Below are positions 1-10,900 of a stretch of DNA of 45,450 nucleotides, one piece after another (positions within the stretch are counted from its first letter, which is position 1; each line of letters opens with the position of its first letter). The DNA is from Macrostomum lignano. Taxonomy: Eukaryota. The position numbers and the translations under genes were made by a program. Below the pieces are notes generated by a model that ran no database searches, was not told the DNA's origin, and saw only the letters and a program-made list of their open reading frames with translations. The stretch is taken from NCBI GenBank assembly GCA_002269645.1, contig NIVC01004451.1:1-45450 (forward strand). Reading direction: 5' to 3'.

Positions 1-1302
1 GGCATGAATGCCTTCCTCTGTGCCCCTCCTTTGGATATTTATATCAAAGGAGAGGCGGCGAAGAGCACCCGGCTTCTTCTGGATGCTGGGGTGGCCTTCA
101 AGAAAGTGCGGGCCTTTAAGAAGCGGTCGCTTATCCCGCACTCTGACCTCTGCCTCAAGGCTCTCGAGGAGTGTGGCGGGCTCAACATCCTCACGGACTC
201 GATCCCAGCCACCCTTCTCCTGAGCCAAAGGTATAAGGTCACCATTCAGCCCGACACGAGGCGAGTGACAGCTGGAGCGACTCTGAAGTCCACTGTTACA
301 CTGACGGCTCTATGAGGCATGGTCTTTCAGGCTTCGGAGCTTGCGTCTTCTTCAAGGGAGAAGTGGTGTGGAGCTACTCCCAGCACACTGGGCTCAACTC
401 CAGTGTTTTTCAGAGCGAGGTGCTTGCCATCAGCTCCTGCGCGGCAGAGCTGCGCCGAAGGCAGCTTAGCGGCCGGAAATTTATTTTTCACTCTGACAGC
501 CAAGCAGCCCTTCGGGCCCTCTGCCGCAGCACCGCCAGCTCCAGGTCCGTCCTGGACTGCAACACCCAGCTCAACGGGCTTGCGCTAGGCAACCAGGTGG
601 AGCTCAGATGGATCCCGGGCCACGCCGGCTTCCTCGGCAACGAGCGCGCTGACCTGCTGGCCAAGGCTGGCTCCGCCGGCGCGCTATTGGGGCCGGGCCC
701 GGGTGCCCCCATCCCCGCCTCGGTGATCAATTCCCGCGTTAAGCGCTGGACTGACTCCGAGCATCTCCGCAGGTGGCACGACACCCGGAATTGTAGGCAA
801 TCCCGTGCTGCCGTCCCTGTCCCTCTCCTCTCCTGCGTAGAGCCCTCCTCAGGCTCAACCGCAGAGACCTCAGAGCAGTTAGCATGGCCCTCTCCGGGCA
901 TGGCTGCTTCTCTCGCCACCGCTTCCTTCAGGGCCAAGTACCCGAGGAGCGGTGCCCCTTCTGCCGCTCAGGCAGTGAAAACGCCGAGCATTTTATCTGC
1001 CACTGCCCGGTTTTCACCAGGGCCAGGCTTACTCACCTCGGGCCAAACCCGGTTCTCTCCGACGTTTGCAGGCCCGAGAGCATCCCGCTGCTCGCCCGGT
1101 ACCTCAGGGACACCGGACGAGCTGACTTCTTCCCCACCGTCGGTGAGGAGGACCGCGCTGCAGGCGAGACCGACGGGTCCCCCTGAGCGACACCACTTCA
1201 ACGGAAGTCGTTGGTCGCCAGGGGCTAGCGGAATGGGCGGTCCCCTCCGCCTCCTCGCTGCATCCGCCGGACGCCCCCTGCAGCTAAGTCAAGTAAGTCA
1301 AG
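1..1302 (+). mobile_element. Non-LTR retrotransposon (I-group, LOA/Nimb-like) 3' portion: RT connection, RNase H, C-terminal CCHC, 3' UTR and AAGT-type tail
   Basis: Joined frames give PPLDIYIKGEA...HCYTDGS...SVFQSEVLAI...HSDSQAAL...WIPGHAGFLGNERADLLAK (non-LTR RNase H) and ALSGHG...CPFC...ENAEHFICHCP (CCHC). Two 1-bp frameshifts near 250 and 825. Tail taagtcaagtaagtcaag at 1285-1302. The 5' end lies outside the window. Confidence 0.9.
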
Positions 1303-1605
1303 AGAGATGTATTAAGAGTGGATTAGGGTGGAAGTCGTCGTAGTAGCAGAAGGGGTGATGGAAATGACCAGACTGGAAAGAATATGCGGAGTATGGAAGT
1401 GATAACTGCTAAGTGCATGGAACCTCAAATTCTACTGCATATCCTCCGCCCCATTTATAAGTAGTAAACTGCGCTCATAATTTTAAAGAGCAGCTTTTCG
1501 CAGAATCATTCAGCAAATGATCTGAATCTGTTTTTCGAAAAAAGTTATTCGATTGCAAGGGAAATCTTTTCTATTTGAATCGAGCCTTTCTCAAGTGCTC
1601 AACTA

Positions 1606-1848
1606 GGGTTGTAACTATTGGTTAGAGCGTCGTACTCACGACTTGAAGGTCGGGGTTCGATTCTCGATCCACTCGGAAAAATTTGTGTCCTTGAGCAAGA
1701 CCTTAACTCTGCATCGCTTCAGTCCACCCAGCTGTAAAATGGGTGCCAGCATTAGCTGGGGTCATTGGGGTGTGTGGCGACCCCCAATGAACATCTTGCC
1801 TAATTGGGGCAGGTGTAATCAATTATTATTATTTATTATTTATTATTA
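1606..1848 (+). mobile_element. tRNA-derived CORE-SINE (MIR-like core)
   Basis: A box tggttagagcg (~1619-1629), B box ggttcgattc (1654-1663). Segment tgtgtccttgagcaagaccttaac...cagtccacccagctgtaaaatggg (1684-1743) matches the MIR CORE domain as I recall it. (TTA)n tail at 1822-1848. Confidence 0.8.
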
Positions 1849-2005
1849 AAAATCATTCTTTCGAGGCTCTTGACCCGGAGATGTGACCCAGGAGTCCTTG
1901 TTAATCAGAAATTAAACAAGGAGACGCACGATTGGTTAACCTCCGGTTTAGAATATCGAGTACAGGTAGCGTCCTGATTGCATTTGTAGTGAGCCGCTAG
2001 TTTAT

Positions 2006-2780
2006 TGTTAGGCGTCGCCCTTGTCAGCCGCTCCCTTGCCCTCCCTTTGGGTTGCTGTCTGCCGCTGGTCAGCTTCCCGCCCCCCCTTTCGTTGCCTGTT
2101 GCCCCCGTGTCCCTTTCCGCCCTGCTGCGTCTCCGTTCTTAGCCCTCAGTCTCTCGACTGTGGGCTGTCTCTGTTTCGCTTCCGTCCTGTTTTCCTCTGT
2201 CATGTGAGCAAGTCACATGACAGTTCTTGCGTTCTTTGAGTCTTAAAGTGCAGTAAACATGTTTACTGCACTCGTTGGCCCTGTTTACCGGGTGAGTCAC
2301 ATGCTTTCGGACCCCTCCCTTCTCTAAGGAGAGGAGTGACTCATGTTGCTAAAAATAGCAACTGAGTCACAGCCATGTGCACTCTGCCGAGGGACTCTCA
2401 AGTGACGTCAGTTCCAAAAATAGAACAAGTCACGAGGTCTTCCGCGCGCTTGTACCCTCCCGAGACTCTCGAGTGACGTCAGTTCTAAAAATAGAACAAG
2501 TCACGAGGTCTTGTGCGCGGGTGTTTCCCGGCTATAAATAGGACCCCCCTCCCCCTTGTTTCCGTCAAGGAGTTTCTGCTTAGTGTCAGTTCTTGATTCC
2601 CGAGTTCTAAGACCTGTGTGCGTTAGCGTCTGAACTGAGCGCCCGAATGCGTTTATTGAACCTGTTCTTATTGGTCTGACTGAGACCCTACTAAAGCACA
2701 CCCCAAGCCTACGAGAGGCTAACTCAGCCCTCCCTGTACCCTCCAAGCCCGGCAGGTGCTGCTGACGAGACGCCTTATAC
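2006..2780 (+). mobile_element. Possible solo LTR
   Basis: Starts TGTTAGGCGTC and ends GACGCCTTATAC (imperfect terminal inverted repeat). Internal duplicated enhancer-like block, TATA box at ~2532 and ACTAAA at ~2690. No clear TSD, PBS or partner LTR. Confidence 0.35.
2197..2541 (+). promoter_or_regulatory. Dense enhancer/promoter cassette (AP-1, MEF2, CRE, Fox, M-box, TATA)
   Basis: TGAGTCA/TGACTCA x3, TGACGTCA x2, CTAAAAATAG x2 plus one variant, GTAAACATGTTTAC, TCATGTGA x2 (inverted), CTATAAATAG at ~2532. Confidence 0.55.
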
Positions 2781-4590
2781 GTTGAGCTGCAAATCTGCAC
2801 GTCGTGCTGTGTTCGTTGACTTCATTATTTCGTTCCGACGGGAAGCTCACCTCACCGAAGGCCGAGACCTGAAGGAACTGGTGGCAGCACTACCTACGCT
2901 ACTGAGAGAGTTAAGAAGGCTTCCGAGTGAGAAGACGGAGAGCCCAAACCACCGTGCTAGACAGCAGGAGAAGCACAGGTACAACACATTGTAGATTCAC
3001 TCAATCCAGTATGCTGTTCATCGCCTAAAAGTATTGACCATGCCATCTTTGAGTTCTATTAATAGCTTGGTAACTGCTTTATGAATTCGGTGCTATGCCC
3101 ACCGCACGCATATGTATTGTACCTTCCTTCAAGGCCGCAACTTCGAGGGAGACAATATGAGTATAATTAGCTCAGAGGTGTAGCCAATGAGTAATAAGTT
3201 GAGATCATGATCTCCATCAGACGACTGACTCAGATTGTTACACTTGTACTTTTACTATATTCATTGCCCTACAAATAAAATCAATGATCCTCAGATGAAA
3301 ACCCTGTAGTTTGCACCACTGCTTGATGAGCTTACATGTGTAACAAAAGGTCAGGTAACTAACAAAATGCTGCAACCGTTAGCCTGCATGCCAAGCAACA
3401 TTACAGAGGTTTTGCGAGCCGCAGCAAGTCATGGCGAGACTGAGAAGAAACAGAGCGATAGAGGCAGACTGGAGAGAAGGCGGGACGACAGGGAGAGCAG
3501 ATGACAAACGAGAGAAAATAGTTAAATAAGCAAATAAGTGCTCTGAGCTGAGCAGCGTCACCTCTGTCCAAGCAGCCAAAGACATCGGGCGAGTTCAACA
3601 GATGCTTCGGCGTCAAAATCCGTTTTAATGAAATCGGCTCCATGCCTTGCTGGTCCTTGCTGTCTTCTACAGATTTGAAATGTCAGGTGCAAAAAAGCGA
3701 GAGCGAAACAGAGAAATGGTTTCCTGAACCCTTTAAGTGTAACTCCGCTTATCAATTGAATTTTGCTTTGTAGCCTTCAGATAAGGCAGAAGTGCGCCGC
3801 TGCCGCCAGTTGCCATGACGCAAATCTTTGCTGGCAATGATAACGCAAAAATTCGAAAAAGGCTCAACTACTGAAGTTGAGACTTAGACTTACCTGCGGT
3901 CACGTGGCAGTCAATGCAATTAAAAGTGCGTATTGGCAATGGGGTTCGTGACGCTCAGGATTTTTTCTGGAGTGGATGGATACTGACGCATCAAAATGTA
4001 TGCGTTTAGGGCTCTCTTTAGGGCTTTGCTGAAACAGCTGATTCGAGCATGCATTGAGAAACTCTTAAGGTTTAATGCCCTTAATATGTACGCGGTGCTC
4101 TATCGCCTGGTCTGTTCAAGCGACCTGTTGCGACTCCAGCTGGCAGGCCGTACGTATTATCTGTACAGAATCGCACTGCCCACAGCCGGTGCAAGAGGTA
4201 CTGCTGCTGAAGCTGCCGGCACCCTACCGGTGAGGACAGGCACTCGGCATTTCGTTGACGGCTAGCTGGCTAGTGCCTACGTTCGCGCCCTAGCCAGGAG
4301 GCCCGCCCTGTGGGCACTGCTCATGGTTTACTCGTATAAGACCTAACCTGACAGCGTATTTTGTGATTGTCTCACTTTCTCACGCATATTTTGTGATTGT
4401 GATATGTGAGTCACAACCCCCACTTTCCCTAGTTTTTTAGGGTTTCCCACACTGGCTTCGCACTTGAAACTCGCTATGGCGAGAGCTGCAAAAGAAAGAG
4501 CGTTTTTTGGCAAGTTTGTTAAATATGCGCGCACTGGCATATGTACACAAAAACTGCAGTGACCTTAGCGCAGGCTTGGGCACGCCATTC

Positions 4591-4751
4591 CAATTGCGCT
4601 TGTGCCAGCTAGGCGTGCTAACTCTAATTGCACGCTTGTGCCAGCTAGGCGTGCTAACTCTAATTTCACGCTTGTGTCAGCTAGGCGTGCTAACTCGAAT
4701 TGCACGCTTGTGCCAGCTAGCCGTGCTAACTCGAATTTCACGCTTGTGTCT
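4591..4751. repeat. 36-bp minisatellite, ~4 copies
   Basis: Unit gcttgtgccagctaggcgtgctaactctaattgcac; period 36 (4598, 4634). Confidence 0.9.
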
Positions 4752-5256
4752 GTGCTCAAAAGAGTGCACATTGTTCTACGGCAATCACATTTTTACCATT
4801 TAACATTTTAATGAGCCTAATATCTAATATACGCTCGTAATAATAAATAAATAATAATAATATTAATAGTAATAATAAATAATAAATAAATATATGATAT
4901 ACTTCACTTATTTTATGGCGATAAAGAGCTTCAAATGAAGTAGGAATTGTTAGATTTGTTACCCTTTTGCCGAAATTTGGCAGCGTGCTTATACGAGCGC
5001 ATGCCTATGTGCTTGTGACTCAACCACACAGAAGACCGTTCGCAGCGTTGCATGCCGGACGACGACATCGGGGTTGCAGGTTTCCAGCTAATGCTGCATT
5101 TTTCGCGGCTAATGAGTGGTCTGGTGCCCGAAGTTCGCGAGGATTTGGGCCTGCCAGTTAGTCGCTGAGGGTCAGTCGTACGAGCGTAGAAGATGAGGCT
5201 CCCACTAGTCGTCTGAAACATTCGTTTTAAAATGGCATGACTTGCTTTTCTACAGG

Positions 5257-6530
5257 CGACTCCAGATTACAGGCCACATCATCCGCGCCTTCGATGACTC
5301 CAGCAGGCTGACAACATCATCCTCGCCACCGATGACTCCAGATGGCTGAAAACATCATCCGCGCCTTCGATGACTCCAGCAGGCTGACAACATCATCCTC
5401 GCATGCGATGACTCTACTTACTTACTTTCTACTGACGGGGGCGCAGGCGCCGCGAATAGGCCGCGAGGCCCCTATCGCAACTCCAAGGTAAAAGAGCACA
5501 AGGATTAACCTTGGGGTGCGCCCAGTCCCCGCCAGTATAGTCGGCAGGTTCGCAGTGGAGGCATCGGCGACTCTCATCCGGCCGGAGTCCCGGACGAAGG
5601 CGCGAAGGTCACGGATATTGTCCGGGGTGGTCAGCTCGTCCATCCGCTGGGGGTGGCCGAGGTATTTGTGCCGCGCCTTGTTGAAGTAAGGGCAGAAAGT
5701 GACGTGATGCTCCGCGGTCTCCTCTCTTATGCCACAGAAAGGACAGGTGGGAGGGCAACCGGTTTGCAACGAGATATGTCTCTGGAAGAATCCATGGCCG
5801 GTTAGGGCCATGCACATCTCCCTGAGGTCGGTTCTGTTAAGCGAGATCAGATAGTCAGAGACTTTCCTGTTCAGGTTAGGCATGGCAGAGCGGGTTTGCC
5901 TGTACTCGGTGCAGCTGTTCCAGTGGAGCTGGTGCTGCTGATGGAGCCACCTGTTGATATGGCGGGTGACTTGCGACCTGGGAGTGGGTAGCCTCATCAG
6001 ACGGTGGTTGCCGTCTGGGTTGCTGCCCTCCTTGGCGAGAGAGTCCGCGAGCTCGTTGCCCAGGATGTTGCTGTGACCGGGTGTCCAGATAATTCTAATC
6101 CTGTTAAGGACTGAGAGGGATTGCACACTGCGGTGGCATTGATATACTGTAGCAGCGGAGATATTCTCAGTGGTTAAGGCCTTAATAGCGGCTTGGCTAT
6201 CAGTGTAAAAGTTAATATTGAAGTTATTAATATTCGCCTGGAGCAGATGCTGGGCGCATGATTCTAGCAGGCTGACAACATCATCCGCGCCTTCGATGAC
6301 TCCAGCAGGCTGACAACATCATCCGTGTCCCCGATGACTCCAGCTGGCTGAAAACATCATCCGCGCCTTCGATGACTCCAGCAGGCTGACATCATCCTCG
6401 CATGCGATGACTCCAGCAGGCTGACAACATCATCCTCGCATGCGATGACCCCGGCAGGCTGACAACATCATCCTCGCATGCGATGACTCCAGCAGGTTGA
6501 CAATATCATCCTCGCATGCGACTCCAACTG
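5257..6530. repeat. 38-bp minisatellite interrupted by a LINE (5257-5416 and 6258-6530)
   Basis: Unit gatgactccagcaggctgacaacatcatccgcgccttc on both sides of the insertion. Confidence 0.9.
5417..6257 (-). mobile_element. 5'-truncated non-LTR retrotransposon (RNase H + CCHC), same clade as the element at 1-1302
   Basis: [12 protein letters not shown]...[21 protein letters not shown] and MALTGHG...CPFC...[11 protein letters not shown]. (AAGT)n tail near 5417-5427. 9-bp TSD atgactcta (5408-5416) / atgattcta (6258-6266). Confidence 0.92.
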
Positions 6531-7482
6531 GAAGGCTATCATCCCGGATGAGACTCGGAACTCATGAGGGGCTACTGTTCACGCTGACGGCTGACTTGGC
6601 GAGGAGGGATGCGAACTCAGCGCTTCCTCGACAGCCTGATGCGGACGGGCCGGGCGTTCAGGACTCTACCAACCTTGGTGCGTAGTGTAGATTGGAGTGT
6701 GATGGAGATTGGAGATCATGATTCAGTGACGCCAATATTTCAAGAGTTCCTTTCAGTTTCTCCGAAACTGATTGATCATCTCATAACCCCGATGCTTGTT
6801 AAGGGACTCACAATTTGAATCCCATACCGACCCTACTGGCGCAGCGTCATTGCCTTTTTTATACGCTAGTAGTATAATTTTAGCCTGTTCGAATGGTGCC
6901 ATTTTTCATACACACACCCCTTGGTAGTGCCCGGTCTGCATCGCAGACTGCTCTACTATCGCAAATTTCGAATTCGAAACAGCTTTAAATTTACAAGCGA
7001 ACTCGGAAGTGCGGAACGTTGCCATGCCACTTTTCGGTTGCAAACAGCAGAAGCCGCTGCGCAATGGAGGAAGAGTGAGAAAGAGGGGAAACGCGCGGAG
7101 AACTGGCAAATCGCATCGAGAGGCGTCTCCATTTGTGCAAGATAAGGTTTTCCCTCGGCTAGTTCGCAGTCCTCTTTCAGCCCTCGGCCTCATGACTGGC
7201 TGTGTTTGAGGGGGAGGCGGTCCGCTGAGCCCGAGCGGGTACCAAAGCTGCCTCTTTTTTGCAAGCGCAATTCCTATTCTGCTCTTCTCCACAGCCCCAA
7301 TGTTCTGTCCTGTCTTCTCGTTTTTGCGTACTACCCGCGGTCCTTCTGCGCCTCAACCTCCTGCCTGAACCAGACGCCAACCCCGGCCTTCTGTTCACAA
7401 ACCCACCCCCTGAAACCCACCCAGCCAGTGAGCGCCAGGGGGAGGCGGGGTTGCTCCAACCCGTCCCCCAATTCAGCGTATG

Positions 7483-7500
7483 AGTTCTAAAAATAGAACA
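7483..7500. promoter_or_regulatory. MEF2 consensus site upstream of the SAMD1-like gene
   Basis: agttctaaaaatagaaca contains CTA(A/T)4TAG and lies in a CpG-rich region about 450 bp upstream of the ATG. Confidence 0.4.
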
Positions 7501-7951
7501 GCGCCCGCCACCCCAATTTCTCTCTCCTTTCCGCCCTTTTAGGTCCGGCGCGCGAATTCAGCCAACCCCCGCCCCACCCCCCATCTGGGCCTTCACCTTG
7601 TAGCCAAACTCTACACAGCCCAGACCCCAGCTAGCCAAAGCAGTCCAGCCCGGGCCGCGCCTGCCACCTTTTCTCTTTTCTGCTGCGTTTCCCTTTGGAC
7701 CGCCGGGACTTTTGCGAGCGGGCGGGCCCCCAATTTTTGCGCGCAAACGCGTCGCGCGACACCGGAGCGGCTTTTGCCTTTAGAACTGGAAGTAAAATAG
7801 CTTAAATAGCGGCCCTGGTTGCTTGCTAAGTGAAAATCGAGCTTGTTTAAGAGGCAAGAAAGTTTAGAGAAAAGGCCGCAATTTGCTCTTCTTTCGCGCC
7901 TCTCAAAAACAAAGACACGAGAGTCCATCTTCCTTTGCCTTTTATTTGGCC

Positions 7952-10900
7952 ATGCCGGAGCAATCAGAGGCCGCGCAGCAGCAGGCGGACACCCTGTCCG
8001 ATTCGTATGATCGCCATCTGGACGACTGGATGGCAACGGTTTTGAGCGTCATCGACAAGCTGAGAGACCGCAAGGCCCGGCCAGATGTTGAGCGAATCTT
8101 CGTCATGGTAAAATATTGCTATTTATTGTGTATATGAACTCTGTTGCTTTTTATATTGACTCTAGCATTATTGCTTTACGCATGAGAGTAACTATCTAAA
8201 ATTTTCAACTGAAGAAGCCTCGTCATCTGATTAGCATTGATTCGGATCAGATGTAGATTAGCGTGTTACTTTTATCAGCAGAATTTTTCTGATTGCCGGT
8301 CGGCTCAGGCAGGTGCGGGCCAACGATCGGCTTGGTTAGCTTTGTCGCCCAGCACCACCAGGGCATGAGAAACTCAGTTGAGTCATTTTTTCAGTCGGAC
8401 ACTCATGGGAAACTCATTTTCTCAGTGGGACACTCATGGGAAACTCATTTTATCAGTCGGACACTCATGGGAAACTCATTTTCTCAGTCGGACACTCACC
8501 AGAAACTCATTTTCTCAGTCGGACACTCACCAGAAACTCATTTTCTCAGTCGGATACTCATCGGAAACTCATTTTCTCATACACTCATGGGAAACTCATT
8601 TTCTCAGTCGGACACTCATGGGAAACTCATTTTCTCAGTCGGATACTCATCGGAAACTCGTTTTCTCAGTCGGACACTCATGGGAAACTCATTTTCTCAG
8701 TCGGATACTCATCGGAAACTCGTTTTCTCAGTCGGACACTCACCAGAAACTCATTTTCTCAGTCGGACACTCATGGGAAACTCATTTTCTCAATCGGATA
8801 CTCATCGGAAATTCGTTTCTCAATCGGATGGATACTCATCGGAAACTTGTTTTCTCTGTCAATCACTTGAAATTCATTTTCGGCGCCTGATGTTCGCTAG
8901 AACGCTCGCAGGAGCAGAGGTTGGTGCGAGCCTCATAGTCCGAAGGAAACGAGCTGCGTAGGCAGTCAACCAACTGTCTATGGCCAAGAGTCACCCAATC
9001 CGAATTCGCTGCCATAAAGTGGAAGCTGACTCATCATTGCTAGTGGCAACTCTTTCCCTATAGATTATTTCCCAGAATCATTTCAACCCCGAAGCGCTCA
9101 ATTCGCAGTTCGAACCGCCGCCCCGCTTCACCAGGCCAACCGTCAGCGGCAGCAGAATCCCGGAGGCGCCGAGCTCACCCGGGATGCCGTGGCCAGCATC
9201 CTGCAGCGCCTTGTCGAACAGCGCCAGGTGATGCGGGTGGAGTACAAGGGCTCCGTGTCCTACCGAAACGCCTCCAGCTGGCACCGCCGGAAGGAGCTGG
9301 CCAGCGACCGGAACAGCCCGGACACCACCCAGCGGGTGCTCGCCGCGGCCAAGAGCCTCCCGGACGGTGCCACCTTCACCGTCCAGATTCTGCACGCTCG
9401 GATGCTGCTGCTGCAGCAGGTGCGGTGCCGCTGATTGACTTATGGGGCTTAATCCCTGCACATCCCCATTGTCATGCCGGTCTCTGCAGGCTTAATCCCT
9501 GCACATCCACATTGTCATGCCGGTCTCTGCAGGCTTAATCCCTGCACATCCACATTGTCATGCCGGTCTCTGCAGGCTTAATCCCTGCACATCCCCATTG
9601 TCATGCCGGTCTCTGCAGGCTTAATCCCTGCACATCCCCATTGTCATGCCGGTCTCTGCAGACTTAATCCCTGCACATCCCCATTGTCATGCCGGTCTCT
9701 GCAGGCTTAATCCCTGCACATCCCCATTGTCATGCCGGTCTCTGCAGGCTTAATCCCTGCACATCCCCATTGTCATGCCGGTCTCTGCAACAGTCCTTAG
9801 CTGCGATGTTTTCCATTGAACGAAGTAAGGAATTTTCCAGTGTCGCGACTCTGGAAAATTAAGAAAACGCGCGGGCTGAGGTGTTGCATTATGGCTACTA
9901 TGTAACCGTAATAATAACCGTAATCCTCGGTGTTTGCATCGCGCTTTTGGGGCGCCATATTTTGTGGCCTGTGTGGCGCGTCCGCGGCTTTTTCAAATTA
10001 TTCCAATAGGGATTAATAGGGAGAGAGTTTGGCTGATCGACCTCATTAACTCCCTCCCCCTCTCTTCCTCTCATCCCAATCTCCCCGCTGCCCTTCTTCC
10101 TCTCCCCTCTCCCTCTCCTTATCCCCTTCCCTCTTCTCCCTATCTCCCTCTCCCTCTTCTCCCTATCTCCCTCTCCCTCTTCTCCTTATCCCCTTCCCTC
10201 TTCTCCCTATCTCCCTCTCCATCTTCTCCCTATTCCCCTCTCCCTCTTCTCCCCATCTCCCTCTCCCTCTTCTCCCTATCTCCCTCTCCCTCTTCTCTCT
10301 ATTCCCCTCTCCCTCTTCTCCCTATCTCCCTCTCCCTCTTCTCCCTATCTCGCTCTCCCTCTTTTCCCTATCTCCCTCTCCCTCTTCTCCCCATCTCCCT
10401 CTCCCTCTTCTCCCCATCTCCCTCTCCCTCTTCTCCCCATCTCCCTCTCCCTCTTCTCCCCATCTCCCTCTCCCTCTTCTCCCCATCTCCCTCTCCCTCT
10501 TCTCCCCATCTCCCTCTCCCTCTTCTCCCCATCTCCCTCTCCCTCTTCTCCCCATCTCCCTCTCCCTCCATATTGTCCCCGCCCTTTCGCTTTTTCCCGC
10601 ACACCTTGGCCGTCCACTTTTTTCTCTATCTCGCATTTCGTCCCATCTGCATTCCGCCAGCATGCCGAAGTCCCCCCAATGTCGACCACCGCCCTGTCCG
10701 AGGCGCTGGAGCGGGAGGCCGCCGCCGGCCGGCTGTTCCGTCTCGGGCCCAGCCGCTTCCAGCTCGACTTGGACGGCTCGCGGCGCCAGGCGGCCCTGCG
10801 CCGCCGCAAGGAGCGGGTGCAGCTCGCCAAACGGCGCCGAGCCGCCGCCGCTGCCGCCGTGGCCGCCGTGGCCGCTGCAGTCGTTGACGATGCTGACAAC

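Noticed and set aside
1606-1680. Functional tRNA gene
   Set aside because: No pairable acceptor stem is evident and the sequence continues into a CORE domain and TTA tail, so it is a SINE head.
2782-5221. Short ORFs at 2782-2994, 3401-3755, 3996-4265 and 4931-5221
   Set aside because: No motif I recognise and no consistent splice model; may be decayed TE or gene remnants and need a BLASTx/Dfam search.
6540-6875. ORF 6609-6818 and a possible Helitron end (CTAG at ~6866)
   Set aside because: No homology recognised; the upstream hairpin is too weak and no 5' TC end was found.
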